Shown here piece by piece: positions 30,288 to 39,650 of a DNA stretch of 64,000 nt. This DNA is from an uncultured Bdellovibrionales bacterium (GTDB taxonomy: Bacteria > Bdellovibrionota_C > UBA2361 > SZUA-149 > CAYOZL01). The position numbers and the translations under genes are program-made. The notes under the pieces were generated by a model, which saw nothing but the letters and a program-made list of their open reading frames with translations, searched no databases and was not told where the DNA came from. Numbering within the stretch: the first letter of the stretch is position 1; every line of letters begins with the position of its first letter. The DNA lies in the NCBI GenBank assembly GCA_964408435.1, contig CAYOZL010000002.1:344-64343 (forward strand), in the 5' to 3' direction.

Positions 30288-31352
30288 TCATAAATCTTCT
30301 AGAAAAATTTTTTTATTTGTTACGTTATCTAAATAACTTGGAAAATGTTTTTCGAATTCAGTTAAAAGCTTGGCATACTGAAAAGAAGATTCATCAGAGC
30401 TCTTAGTTGATAAATATCTTAGCGTTACAAATATCCTCCTCACTGTTCCAGGTATCCATTTAGAGTAATGATTTATTTTTTTAATTTTATCTAATTTTGA
30501 GAACCTGCCAACAACTTTTAAGTCTCTTTGAAGTAAAACTTTAGAATAATCTGAAATAAAATTTCCAGGCTTATTAAGCTTATGATAAAAGTATTTAACT
30601 AGCTCAAAATAATTATCATCTCCTAACAGTTCATCTGTATCTCTATCGTTTATTAGTGCAACTAAGTCGTAGTATTTAGTTGCGAGCAAAGCATCTTGAT
30701 AGTCTATTACTCTAAGCTTATCATTCTGGTCTATAATGATATTCCATGAGTGAAAATCTCTATGACATAAAACTTTTTTAAAACTAGATAAATCTTTGCA
30801 AAGTAAATCAAATGATTCTTTAAATATAGCTACATCACTGAGCTCTTCTAATGTGTAATCTAAAATCTCATCTAATTCCTTTCTATAAATATCAAAGCCA
30901 AAACTTCTTTTAAAAGCAAAAAAGCTTGAATCAGCCTTAATGTTTTGTATTTTACTAATTTCATCAATAGCTAGTTTATACTTTGAAATATCTTTATTAA
31001 GAATGTAGTGATCAGCTAGTAAGGAATCTCCTAAGTCTTCAATAAAAAATATATTTTCATCTGTGAAGAAAATTTCTGGGACTTTGACATCATTTTTTGA
31101 AAAAAAATCTCCTAACCCTCTAACAGCATCGTTTATTTTTACGATAGAGCCACCTAGTTCTGAGGTTTTAAGGTCAGTGAAAAACATTGCTAGAACACTA
31201 CTAAAGCTATCTTTATATTTAGATTCAAGATGAATTCTAAAATACCTTCTAGATGAAGCATCCGGTGTTAAAGATTCTATATTAGAAATCTTAGTGTTTG
31301 AAAAAAACTTTTTAAAAGAATTCTCAACTGAGCTATGTAGTATATCTTCCAT
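30288..31352 (-). CDS. amgK: APH-fold sugar kinase, AmgK-like (anomeric MurNAc/GlcNAc kinase)
   Basis: The Brenner motif HRDFHSWNIIID and the catalytic loop IDYQD, which are aminoglycoside-phosphotransferase-like. It is paired with murU. Confidence 0.65.
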   Translation of the reverse strand: MEDILHSSVENSFKKFFSNTKISNIESLTPDASSRRYFRIHLESKYKDSFSSVLAMFFTDLKTSELGGSIVKINDAVRGLGDFFSKNDVKVPEIFFTDENIFFIEDLGDSLLADHYILNKDISKYKLAIDEISKIQNIKADSSFFAFKRSFGFDIYRKELDEILDYTLEELSDVAIFKESFDLLCKDLSSFKKVLCHRDFHSWNIIIDQNDKLRVIDYQDALLATKYYDLVALINDRDTDELLGDDNYFELVKYFYHKLNKPGNFISDYSKVLLQRDLKVVGRFSKLDKIKKINHYSKWIPGTVRRIFVTLRYLSTKSSDESSFQYAKLLTEFEKHFPSYLDNVTNKKIFLEDL

Positions 31353-31402
31353 AAGTGCTTAATCTTTAGTTGATCTTATAACTTAGATGTTTATACTGCA
31401 TT

Positions 31403-32065
31403 ATGCTCTATATTGTGGCAACTCCTATTGGTAATCTAGAAGATCTTTCTAAAAGAGCTATTAATATACTAAATGAAGTAGATCTAATCCTAACAGAAGA
31501 TACTCGTCATTTTTCAAAGCTTGCTAATAGATATGAAATTAAAACTCAACTAAAAAGCAATCACGAACATAACGAAATTAGACAACTTGATAGTATTATC
31601 AAGATGTTGAAATTAGATAAAAATATAGCTTTAGTAAGCGATGCTGGAACACCGTGTATTTCTGACCCAGGATATAGACTTGTGAAGGCCTGCCATGAAA
31701 ATGATATTACAGTAAGCACTGCACCAGGTGCATGCGCAGCAATAGCTGCACTTAGCATTAGTGGTCTACCTAGTGATAAATTTATTTTCAATGGTTTTCT
31801 ACCAGTTAAACCTGGGAAAAAAGAAAAAGAATTAGTTAACAGTTTAAATCTTGGAATTACCAGTATTTTCTACGAGTCTCCACATAGAATAGTAAAAAGC
31901 ATTAAACTCATAGATAAACTAACAAATAATAGAACAATTTTTGTTGTTAGAGAAATTAGTAAAAAATTTGAAACCTATTACAGAGGCTTACCAAAAGATG
32001 TTTTAGAAAAAATTGGAGAAAAGACTAAGGGGGAATTCGTAATTGTTATTTCTAAGGAATTATAA
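31403..32065 (+). CDS. rsmI: 16S rRNA (cytidine1402-2'-O)-methyltransferase
   Basis: LYIVATPIGNLEDLSKRAI, VSDAGTPCISDPG and the tetrapyrrole-methylase fold. This is a short form. Confidence 0.85.
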   Translation: MLYIVATPIGNLEDLSKRAINILNEVDLILTEDTRHFSKLANRYEIKTQLKSNHEHNEIRQLDSIIKMLKLDKNIALVSDAGTPCISDPGYRLVKACHENDITVSTAPGACAAIAALSISGLPSDKFIFNGFLPVKPGKKEKELVNSLNLGITSIFYESPHRIVKSIKLIDKLTNNRTIFVVREISKKFETYYRGLPKDVLEKIGEKTKGEFVIVISKEL

Positions 32066-32077
32066 TCCTAAGAAAGG

Positions 32078-34183
32078 CTAGCTATAAAAGCTAATTGATT
32101 TTTCAGCTCTACTTTTAATACCATCACAGGGCTCAAATCTATCACCTTTATGTTTTTTGAATTTTGCCAATAAATTACTAGCACCTAAAGTTTCACTATA
32201 TTTAATAGCTCCGCCTCTAAAAGGTGCAAAGCCTGTGCCCATAACAGTAGCTAAATCAACCTGTCCAGCAGCTTCAAGCCCGGGTTTGCCCGCTACAGAC
32301 TCATCTAAACACATTACTGCTTCATTAATCATTGGCAACATTAAACGTTCTGATAGCTCAGATAAGTCTGCTACTTTCCTCTCAGAACCTAAACCAAGAA
32401 GATTATAAATTGAATTATCAACTTCTGACTTTTTTCCTTCATACTTATAAAAGCCTAAGCTTGATTTCTTACCGAGTCTTTTATCTTCTATCATTTTAGC
32501 TAGATAGTAAGGTGCTTTCATTCTCTTACCATAAGCTTTAAACATCTCTGATTGAACTTTTTTAGCTACATCTAAACCAACTTCATCTAATAATCTAACT
32601 GGCCCCATTGGCATTCCAAAGTTTGTTGCTGCTCTATCAATATCTTCAACAGAATAGCCTTCAGAGAGTAATTGTGAAGCTTCTGCCATATAAGGAGATA
32701 ATACTCTGTTCACTAGAAAACCTGGAACATTCTCCACAACTACTGGAAATTTATTTATTTTAGCTACTATTGCTGCCAATTTAACTACAGCTGAATCAGA
32801 GCTTATACTTCCTCTAACTATTTCTACTAATGGCATTTTTTCAGCAGGATTAAAAAAGTGCATGCCTATTACACGAGAAGGATTTTCAACATCTTTTGCA
32901 ATTTCATCAATAGATAAAGATGAAGTATTACTAGCTAGAATAGATTCCTTAGCTACAGTATCAGATAATTCTTTAAACACTTTTTGTTTAATTTCTAAAT
33001 TTTCAATGATTGCTTCAACTATCAAATCACATTGATTAAATTCAGAAATATTCTCTACTATATTTAGTCTACTAAGTATTTCTTTCTTTTTGCTCTCAGT
33101 GATATATCTTCTTTTATCTAGATATGAATTAATATGCTCATTAGCGTTTGCTCTTGCTTTTTCTGATACATCGCATAGCACTACATCAAAGCCTTTTTCT
33201 AGAAAAACAGAAGCAATACCAGCCCCCATTACACCACCACCCAAAACCCCTACAAGTATCTCGTCTATTTCCTTCCCAACAGATTTACCTAGCTTTTTAG
33301 ATTTCTCACTTTGTAAAAATAAATGAACTAAAGATTTAGACTCTGAGCCTATTATTAATTTAGATATTTCTTCAGCTTCTAACTCTAAGCCTTGTTCAAT
33401 GTTTAAACTTAATGCCTTGATGCAAACATCCAGAGCAGCTAAAGGAGCAGGATACTTTCCCTTAGTTTCTTTTAGTATATTTTTTTTAGCTTGTGCTTTA
33501 ACAAAATTTCTACCTAATTGAGTAAAGGTAAGAATTTTATCTTTAAGTGCAATTTTTTTTCTGCTATAGTTACTAACTATCAATTTTGAGGCTTCAACTA
33601 GTGCTTCTTTATAGTTATTAGAAGTAATATTCTCACTTATAATTCTATCAACTAGCCCTACTCTTTTAGCTTTTTTAACACTAATAACTTTACCTTGAAG
33701 AATGATTTGTAAGGCAGCAGGTAAGCCAATAAGTCTTGGGAGTCTGACACAGCCACCGAATCCAGGTAATATTCCAAGTTTTACCTCTGGTAATCCAATT
33801 TTTGTTTCTTTTAAGCCTGTAGCAATCCTGTAATCACAAGCTAGTGCCAGTTCACAGCCTCCTCCAACACAAGCTCCACTAATCGCAGCTACAGTATTTT
33901 GTTTAAGCTTAGAAATTCTATTAATAAGCTCTTGACCTCTTTTTGCTAACTCTTTGGCTTTAGTTTTTTCAGTAACACCTTTAATTGCTTGAATATCTGC
34001 ACCAGCACAAAAGTTTTTTATACTTGGCCCAAGAAATATTAATGTTTTAATATCAGAATTAGACTCGACTGCTTCTATTGCTGTCTCTAACTTATCAAAG
34101 CTTTCTTTGTTAAGTATTGCCGTTTTATTATCAGCAGCATGTAAAGTAATACTAGCGGTAGAACTATCTAAGTTTTCAAGCAT
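32078..34183 (-). CDS. fadB: fatty-acid oxidation multifunctional enzyme alpha subunit (enoyl-CoA hydratase / 3-hydroxyacyl-CoA dehydrogenase)
   Basis: An N-terminal crotonase fold (FCAGADI) and a C-terminal NAD-binding domain (GVLGGGVMGAGIA). The protein is 701 aa. Confidence 0.9.
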   Translation of the reverse strand: MLENLDSSTASITLHAADNKTAILNKESFDKLETAIEAVESNSDIKTLIFLGPSIKNFCAGADIQAIKGVTEKTKAKELAKRGQELINRISKLKQNTVAAISGACVGGGCELALACDYRIATGLKETKIGLPEVKLGILPGFGGCVRLPRLIGLPAALQIILQGKVISVKKAKRVGLVDRIISENITSNNYKEALVEASKLIVSNYSRKKIALKDKILTFTQLGRNFVKAQAKKNILKETKGKYPAPLAALDVCIKALSLNIEQGLELEAEEISKLIIGSESKSLVHLFLQSEKSKKLGKSVGKEIDEILVGVLGGGVMGAGIASVFLEKGFDVVLCDVSEKARANANEHINSYLDKRRYITESKKKEILSRLNIVENISEFNQCDLIVEAIIENLEIKQKVFKELSDTVAKESILASNTSSLSIDEIAKDVENPSRVIGMHFFNPAEKMPLVEIVRGSISSDSAVVKLAAIVAKINKFPVVVENVPGFLVNRVLSPYMAEASQLLSEGYSVEDIDRAATNFGMPMGPVRLLDEVGLDVAKKVQSEMFKAYGKRMKAPYYLAKMIEDKRLGKKSSLGFYKYEGKKSEVDNSIYNLLGLGSERKVADLSELSERLMLPMINEAVMCLDESVAGKPGLEAAGQVDLATVMGTGFAPFRGGAIKYSETLGASNLLAKFKKHKGDRFEPCDGIKSRAEKSISFYS

Positions 34184-34191
34184 AATATTAT

Positions 34192-35358
34192 CTAGCTTAA
34201 AGTCTTTAGTTCATCTACAAGGTCTGTTTTTTCCCAACTAAAACTACCATCAGCTCCAGGCTCTCTTCCAAAATGCCCATAGGCTGCAGTTGACTTATAT
34301 ATTGGCTTTAATAGATCTAAACCCTTAATTATTCCTTTTGGAGATAAGTCAAAAATATCTTTTAGCTTATTAACGATTTTAGCTTCATCAACAGTACCAG
34401 TACCAAAAGTATCGATTAATACTGAAACAGGTTTTGAAACTCCAATTGCATAAGCAACCTGTAATTCACATTTCTTAGCTAATCCGGCTGCTACAATATT
34501 TTTTGCTAAATATCTTGTTGCATAAGCAGCAGATCTATCAACTTTACTAGGGTCTTTTCCAGAGAAAGCTCCTCCACCATGTCTTCCATACCCACCGTAG
34601 GTATCAACAATGATTTTTCTACCAGTTAAACCAGCATCTGCGTGAGGCCCACCAATAATAAATCTACCTGTAGGGTTGATGAAATATTTTGTATCAGAAG
34701 TTAATAAATTATCAGGGATTACATCTTTAATAACTTTATTAATAACAAAATCTTTTAGCTCTTCATTTGTTACTTCTTCAGTATGTTGAGTTGAAAGAAC
34801 TACAGCATCAATAAATTTTGGTGCTCCGTTCTCGTATTTAACAGTAACTTGAGATTTAGAATCTGGTCTTAAATAATTAACTTCCTTAGAGTGTCTAGAT
34901 TTTGCCAATCTAGAAACAATTTTATGACTAAGTGCAATAGCAACAGGCATATATTCTGGTGTTTCATCACAAGCATAACCAAACATTAAGCCTTGATCCC
35001 CTGCTCCTTGCTCACCATCAGAGTCTTCATCAACGCCCTGAGCAATGTCTGCAGATTGCTGACTAAGGTTTGTAAGCACAGCAACACTTTCATAGTCACA
35101 GCCACATTCTTTAGAATTATAACCAATGTCTTTTAATGCTTGTCTTGCTACTCCATCAAAATCTACATTTGCTTTAGAAGTTATCTCTCCAGCTAACATA
35201 ACCATTCCTGTTTTAATCAATGTCTCACAAGCAATTCTACTTCTAGAATCTTGCTCTAGTAGAGCATCTACTACATAGTCACTGATCTGATCTGCTACTT
35301 TATCTGGGTGACCTTCTGATACTGATTCAGAAGTAAAAAAGAAATCGTTAATTGCCAT
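34192..35358 (-). CDS. metK: S-adenosylmethionine synthase
   Basis: [19 protein letters not shown] and GGGAFSGKD motifs. Confidence 0.95.
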   Translation of the reverse strand: MAINDFFFTSESVSEGHPDKVADQISDYVVDALLEQDSRSRIACETLIKTGMVMLAGEITSKANVDFDGVARQALKDIGYNSKECGCDYESVAVLTNLSQQSADIAQGVDEDSDGEQGAGDQGLMFGYACDETPEYMPVAIALSHKIVSRLAKSRHSKEVNYLRPDSKSQVTVKYENGAPKFIDAVVLSTQHTEEVTNEELKDFVINKVIKDVIPDNLLTSDTKYFINPTGRFIIGGPHADAGLTGRKIIVDTYGGYGRHGGGAFSGKDPSKVDRSAAYATRYLAKNIVAAGLAKKCELQVAYAIGVSKPVSVLIDTFGTGTVDEAKIVNKLKDIFDLSPKGIIKGLDLLKPIYKSTAAYGHFGREPGADGSFSWEKTDLVDELKTLS

Positions 35359-35477
35359 AAAATTAGTCTTTAAATAAGGGTTATTAATTGTGGGTAGGTA
35401 TACTAGTGCTTAAATAAATGGTCAATATAGTACAAGAAGTATACTGAGCATATTAATATTAAGAGTATCTTAGAAGT

Positions 35478-36341
35478 TTACTTTTTAATATCTCGATGAT
35501 CTACAAGAATATCAGCATTTTTAAATTCTAAAATATTACCTAATTTCTCACTTATTGCGACAGATCTATGCTTTCCACCAGTACAACCAATAGCTAGCGT
35601 TAAATACCTTTTTCCCTCTTTTTTATACTTAGGAATAAGAAAATTGATAATGTCTTTAAATTTATCAATAAATTCTTTCGCATCTTCAGATTCAAGAACA
35701 TAATCACTAACCTTTTTATTCGTACCAGTTAATTTAGATAGTTCTTCAATGAAATAAGGATTTGGCAAAAATCTTACATCCATTACCAAATCAGCATCTT
35801 GCATTATACCGTATTTAAAACCAAAAGACTTAATATATATTCTTAAATTATTATTCTTATCTAAGTAGTCTTCGATAAATTTTCTTAAATCATGAGGAGT
35901 AAAGCTACTAGTATCAATTACTGAATCAGCTATTCCTTTTAAATCGTAGTAGATCTTTCTCTCTTTATAGATAGCTTCACTAATAGTGTTAATATCTTTA
36001 TTCACTTCAATTAAGGGATGAGGACGTCGAGTTTCTCTATATCTTCTAATTAGCACTTCATCTAATGCATCAAAAAATAGCAAAGTAACATTAATACTTT
36101 TTGATTTTAAAACATCAATAAAATCTATTATATTTTTATCAAGCTCTTTTTCTTTAATATCTAGTAGTAATGCATAGTCTTTAGAATCATTTGAACTTAA
36201 AACAAATTTTGAAAAACCTTCTAGTAGATCAATGGGAATATTATCAACACACTCATAACCACAATCTTCAAAAGCTTTTAGTGCTGTTGATTTTCCTGAG
36301 CCGGAGACTCCTAAAAGAATTGCTAAATTGTTGATTGGCAT
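35478..36341 (-). CDS. rapZ: RNase adapter protein RapZ (P-loop)
   Basis: A Walker A motif (GVSGSGKST) and an RapZ C-terminal domain containing CTGGKHRS. Confidence 0.9.
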   Translation of the reverse strand: MPINNLAILLGVSGSGKSTALKAFEDCGYECVDNIPIDLLEGFSKFVLSSNDSKDYALLLDIKEKELDKNIIDFIDVLKSKSINVTLLFFDALDEVLIRRYRETRRPHPLIEVNKDINTISEAIYKERKIYYDLKGIADSVIDTSSFTPHDLRKFIEDYLDKNNNLRIYIKSFGFKYGIMQDADLVMDVRFLPNPYFIEELSKLTGTNKKVSDYVLESEDAKEFIDKFKDIINFLIPKYKKEGKRYLTLAIGCTGGKHRSVAISEKLGNILEFKNADILVDHRDIKK

Positions 36342-36442
36342 AAACTAATTAGTTCTCTTTTAAATATAAATAAAAATGGCAAGTAGCAGAAAGACTCACT
36401 CACCATTTAATTCAAGACCGCAATTACTGCTAGCTGTAGGTA

Positions 36443-36754
36443 TTAATTACAATTCATATAAGCATCCCAAGGGCTGTATAAATAACCTACATATGGGAGT
36501 GAACCTACTAAGCCTGGTAGAAAGCTTCTTTGCACTGTAACTGAGCTCCAACTAGAGCAGTTTTGATTCTTGGTTGAAATTGGCTCACTAAACTCAACTA
36601 AACTTATAATTCCAATGTGATGCCAATTATCAAAATCTTGACCTACTATATCTATATTTGAAGTTGGTGAAGATGCTGCTTTTTTAAAATGCATTGTATG
36701 ACAAGCTGATAACAATGGAATAAGTAAAGCTAATGATAAAATTTTATATTTCAT
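36443..36754 (-). CDS. Bor/Iss-family-like small lipoprotein (divergent paralogue)
   Basis: Lipobox LLSAC. The C-terminal half (FLPGLVGSLPYVGYLYSPWDAYMNC) parallels the Bor C-terminus of the adjacent gene. Confidence 0.5.
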   Translation of the reverse strand: MKYKILSLALLIPLLSACHTMHFKKAASSPTSNIDIVGQDFDNWHHIGIISLVEFSEPISTKNQNCSSWSSVTVQRSFLPGLVGSLPYVGYLYSPWDAYMNCN

Positions 36755-36781
36755 TTTAATTCTCCTATATTTTTCACTAAT

Positions 36782-37072
36782 CTATCTACACCAAACTCGA
36801 TAAGAGCGTGGGGAATATATACCTAATGTAATGGCACCTAATAACCCATCTATAAAAGTTGTTTGGGCTTGAAATTGTTTCGGTGTTGCTCCACCACAAT
36901 GATTAGCTAAAACAACATCAACTGATTCTGGAGTTAATCCCCATAAGAAAAAGTCAGTACTTTCTGAAACATCAGCATTAGAACTAACTCTTTGACCACC
37001 ATCTGGTCTTACAGTTACATTCGCACAAGAAGGCAACAGAAAGCTTAGACATAAAAATAAAATTATTCTCAT
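36782..37072 (-). CDS. bor: Bor/Iss family lipoprotein (phage lambda Bor-like)
   Basis: HCGGATPKQFQAQTTFIDGLLGAITLGIYSPRSYRVWC closely matches the conserved Bor core CGGAENVVKTETQQTFVNGLLGFITLGIYTP...C. The protein is ~96 aa and is a lipoprotein. Confidence 0.75.
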   Translation of the reverse strand: MRIILFLCLSFLLPSCANVTVRPDGGQRVSSNADVSESTDFFLWGLTPESVDVVLANHCGGATPKQFQAQTTFIDGLLGAITLGIYSPRSYRVWCR

Positions 37073-37290
37073 ATAGACCTCATTAATTAATAAATTAATA
37101 GATTATTAACATATGATATTATTTTAGACTAAGAGTTTATCTTGGTCTAAACAACTAATATATCTATCAATTTATATGCTTGGGTTGAATTAAGGGTTTC
37201 ATCTTTCATAATCAGTCCAGAATATAAATGTTTATAGCAAAATTTTTATTAAGAACGATTAAGTTTTTTTAATTTGACGATGAATATATT

Positions 37291-37755
37291 ATGGACAACA
37301 AGGAATCAGGTTTCACTCTTATAGAACTTTTAACTACAGTTGCTATCATTGGGATTTTAGCATCGATAGCAATACCTGAATATAATCAATATAAATCAAA
37401 AGCTTATAACGCTGTAGCATCGAGTGCTGCTAAGACTTTTTTTACTGCAGCAATTGCTAGAAGAACTGATAATGATTTTGACATACACGAATGCGCAACT
37501 CTTAACGCAGGAGATCATGATGTGCGTTGTGGTAACTTTGAAGGATTTGTAGATGATGGTGTGATAATGTGTGAATTGGTTAGTGAAGGTGAAGGGGATG
37601 GCGGGACGATAGGAAATATTGTTGCTGGTTGCGCTCATCTAAAAGGGAATAAGGCATATTCATACTCACTATTCGATCTATCAAGTCGAGATTTTGGATT
37701 ATTAATATGTGACTGTGATGATGATTTTTGTGACGGTGGTGACATTCTTTGTTAG
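37291..37755 (+). CDS. type IV pilin / pseudopilin (prepilin N-methylation motif) with a Cys/Asp-rich C-terminus
   Basis: SGFTLIELLTTVAIIGILASIAIPEY is the canonical class III signal and N-terminal helix. The C-terminus is LLICDCDDDFCDGGDILC. Confidence 0.8.
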   Translation: MDNKESGFTLIELLTTVAIIGILASIAIPEYNQYKSKAYNAVASSAAKTFFTAAIARRTDNDFDIHECATLNAGDHDVRCGNFEGFVDDGVIMCELVSEGEGDGGTIGNIVAGCAHLKGNKAYSYSLFDLSSRDFGLLICDCDDDFCDGGDILC

Positions 37756-37805
37756 AAAAGTAGCTGTAAGTTTTCAAGACTAGATTTCAATATAAAACAA
37801 AAATG

Positions 37806-37848
37806 TGGTGATACTTAGACTTGAACTAAGGACCTCGGAATTATGAGT
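37806..37848. repeat. 43-bp direct repeat (distal att-like copy of the tRNA 3' end)
   Basis: tggtgatacttagacttgaactaaggacctcggaattatgagt is identical to 42234..42276, which is the 3' 43 nt of the tRNA gene. Confidence 0.85.
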
Positions 37849-38104
37849 GGAATCTTTTTGAATTTTGTACACTCTTAATAACTTGTATATACCTAGCAAG
37901 TATTTATACTTCTTGAATTTCTCAATTTAATCAAATCTAAAGGTATTTCTTGGTTTCATAGAGTATTTGAGGGATTTCTTGCCCCCGGCATGCCCCAGAA
38001 TTGGGAAAGTTGCTGGAACAAATAGTGAGGCGTTGTTTGTAATAGGGGAATTTGGTCTTTTAAAGTTAAGTAAATATGCATTGACTGAAAAAACTCTATT
38101 AATT

Positions 38105-39403
38105 TTATTTTCTTAATTTCTTTTTTATACAAGTTGGGCACCATCCACCATTACGAATGCTAATTGGAGATGCTTTCCATTTATGCTTGAATTCACATTG
38201 CCATTCTAGCTTTGTTTTGGTGCCTAAATATTCTTTTGATAAACAGATACCTTTTCTCATTTTTGCAATTTCCTGCATACCCTCAATTGAATATAGTTTT
38301 TCACCAAAGCATATAGGACACCACATTCCTAAAATTACGGCTCTAGGATATGCTTTAAATTTGTGTTGTTTTGAACATGTGAAACTAATTTTACATGTAC
38401 TTAGAACCGCTGTTTTGTGTATGCACTCACCTCTATGTGACTTAGCGATTTTTTTCATCTGTTCAAGCGAGTATTTTCTAAGTTCAATATGTGCACACTT
38501 AGCGCACCAAGCTCCTTCTAGAATATTACTACCTCTAATTTCCCATTGGTGACCTTTAGAGCACTCAAAAAGTAATTTATGGAAATTATTTACATATTTT
38601 TCAGATAAGCATTTTCCTCCTTCTAATTCAGCGATAGTTTTGAAGTTTTCTATCGATAAGGATCTAGTTGGATTGCAAGATGGACACCATGAACCTTTTT
38701 TTATGTTAGCTGGCGTAGAAAGCCATTTGTGCCCAAGTTCACATTCCCACTCTAAGTGTGTTACAGCATTAAGATAGTTATTAGAAAGACATCTACCACC
38801 TTTAGATTTAGCAATTTCTTGCATTTCTTCTATGGTTAAAGGTCTTGAATTGGAACATAAGTAACACCAGGAACCGCTCTTTACTGAACCTGGATTGGCG
38901 TACCATCGATGTCCATTTGAACATTCCCACTCTAGCTTAGTATTGGCATTTTTATATACGGTAGAAAGACATCTACCACCTTTAGATTCAGCAATTTCTT
39001 GCATTTCTTCTATGCCTAAAGGTCTTGCACTGGAACATAAGCGACACCAACTTCCTTTTTTTACTGAATGAGCAGTGGCAAACCATTGATGTCCTTTTGA
39101 ACATTCCCACTTTAGCTTAAGATTGACATTTTTATATACTTTAGAAAGACATTTGCCTCCTCTGGATTTAGCAATTTCTTGCATTTTTTCTAATGACAAA
39201 GGTCTTGCTCGAGAACAAAGAAGGCACCATCTTCCTCTCTCTACTTGTGGTGGAAGAGCATGCCATCGATGTCCTTTGCTGCACTCCCATTCTAATTTAG
39301 TTGAAGTATTTATATATTCTTTTGAGATGCATTTCCCACCTCTGGATTCCGCAATTTTTTGCATGTCCTCGATTTTGAGTTTGCGATATTTGCGTTTAGC
39401 CAT
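38105..39403 (-). CDS. multi-zinc-ribbon repeat protein (7 tandem 60-aa C-C-H-C-C modules), paralogue A
   Basis: Repeats follow the pattern IEEMQEIAxSxGGKCLSxxYxNxxTKLEWECSxGHxWxAxPxxVxxGxWCxxC. The likely true start is the ATG at 39401-39403 (MAKRKYRKL), preceded by GAGG. The ORF track used an upstream TTG. Confidence 0.7.
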   Translation of the reverse strand: MAKRKYRKLKIEDMQKIAESRGGKCISKEYINTSTKLEWECSKGHRWHALPPQVERGRWCLLCSRARPLSLEKMQEIAKSRGGKCLSKVYKNVNLKLKWECSKGHQWFATAHSVKKGSWCRLCSSARPLGIEEMQEIAESKGGRCLSTVYKNANTKLEWECSNGHRWYANPGSVKSGSWCYLCSNSRPLTIEEMQEIAKSKGGRCLSNNYLNAVTHLEWECELGHKWLSTPANIKKGSWCPSCNPTRSLSIENFKTIAELEGGKCLSEKYVNNFHKLLFECSKGHQWEIRGSNILEGAWCAKCAHIELRKYSLEQMKKIAKSHRGECIHKTAVLSTCKISFTCSKQHKFKAYPRAVILGMWCPICFGEKLYSIEGMQEIAKMRKGICLSKEYLGTKTKLEWQCEFKHKWKASPISIRNGGWCPTCIKKKLRK

Positions 39404-39650
39404 ATCAAACCTCAATTAAAACATTAAATCAGTCAAAGCATAAACATTAATCCTAATGTTTATGCTCGTGAAAATTAAATTCTACCCGATAAATTTCAGT
39501 ATTTGTAAGTAGTATGAAAAGAACTTCTAATAGCTTAATATATCACAGTGTTTTGGCAAAAACTAGACGTGAATAAGTTAAGATTGTTATTAATAAGATT
39601 TTTTAAAATTTAAGGAGGCTTGCCAAATATTTAATAACCTTTAAAGTTTT

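Noticed and set aside
37956-38144. 62-aa ORF between the att-like repeat and paralogue A
   Set aside because: It overlaps the 3' end of the zinc-ribbon gene on the same strand in another frame. It shows no signal sequence and no conserved features.
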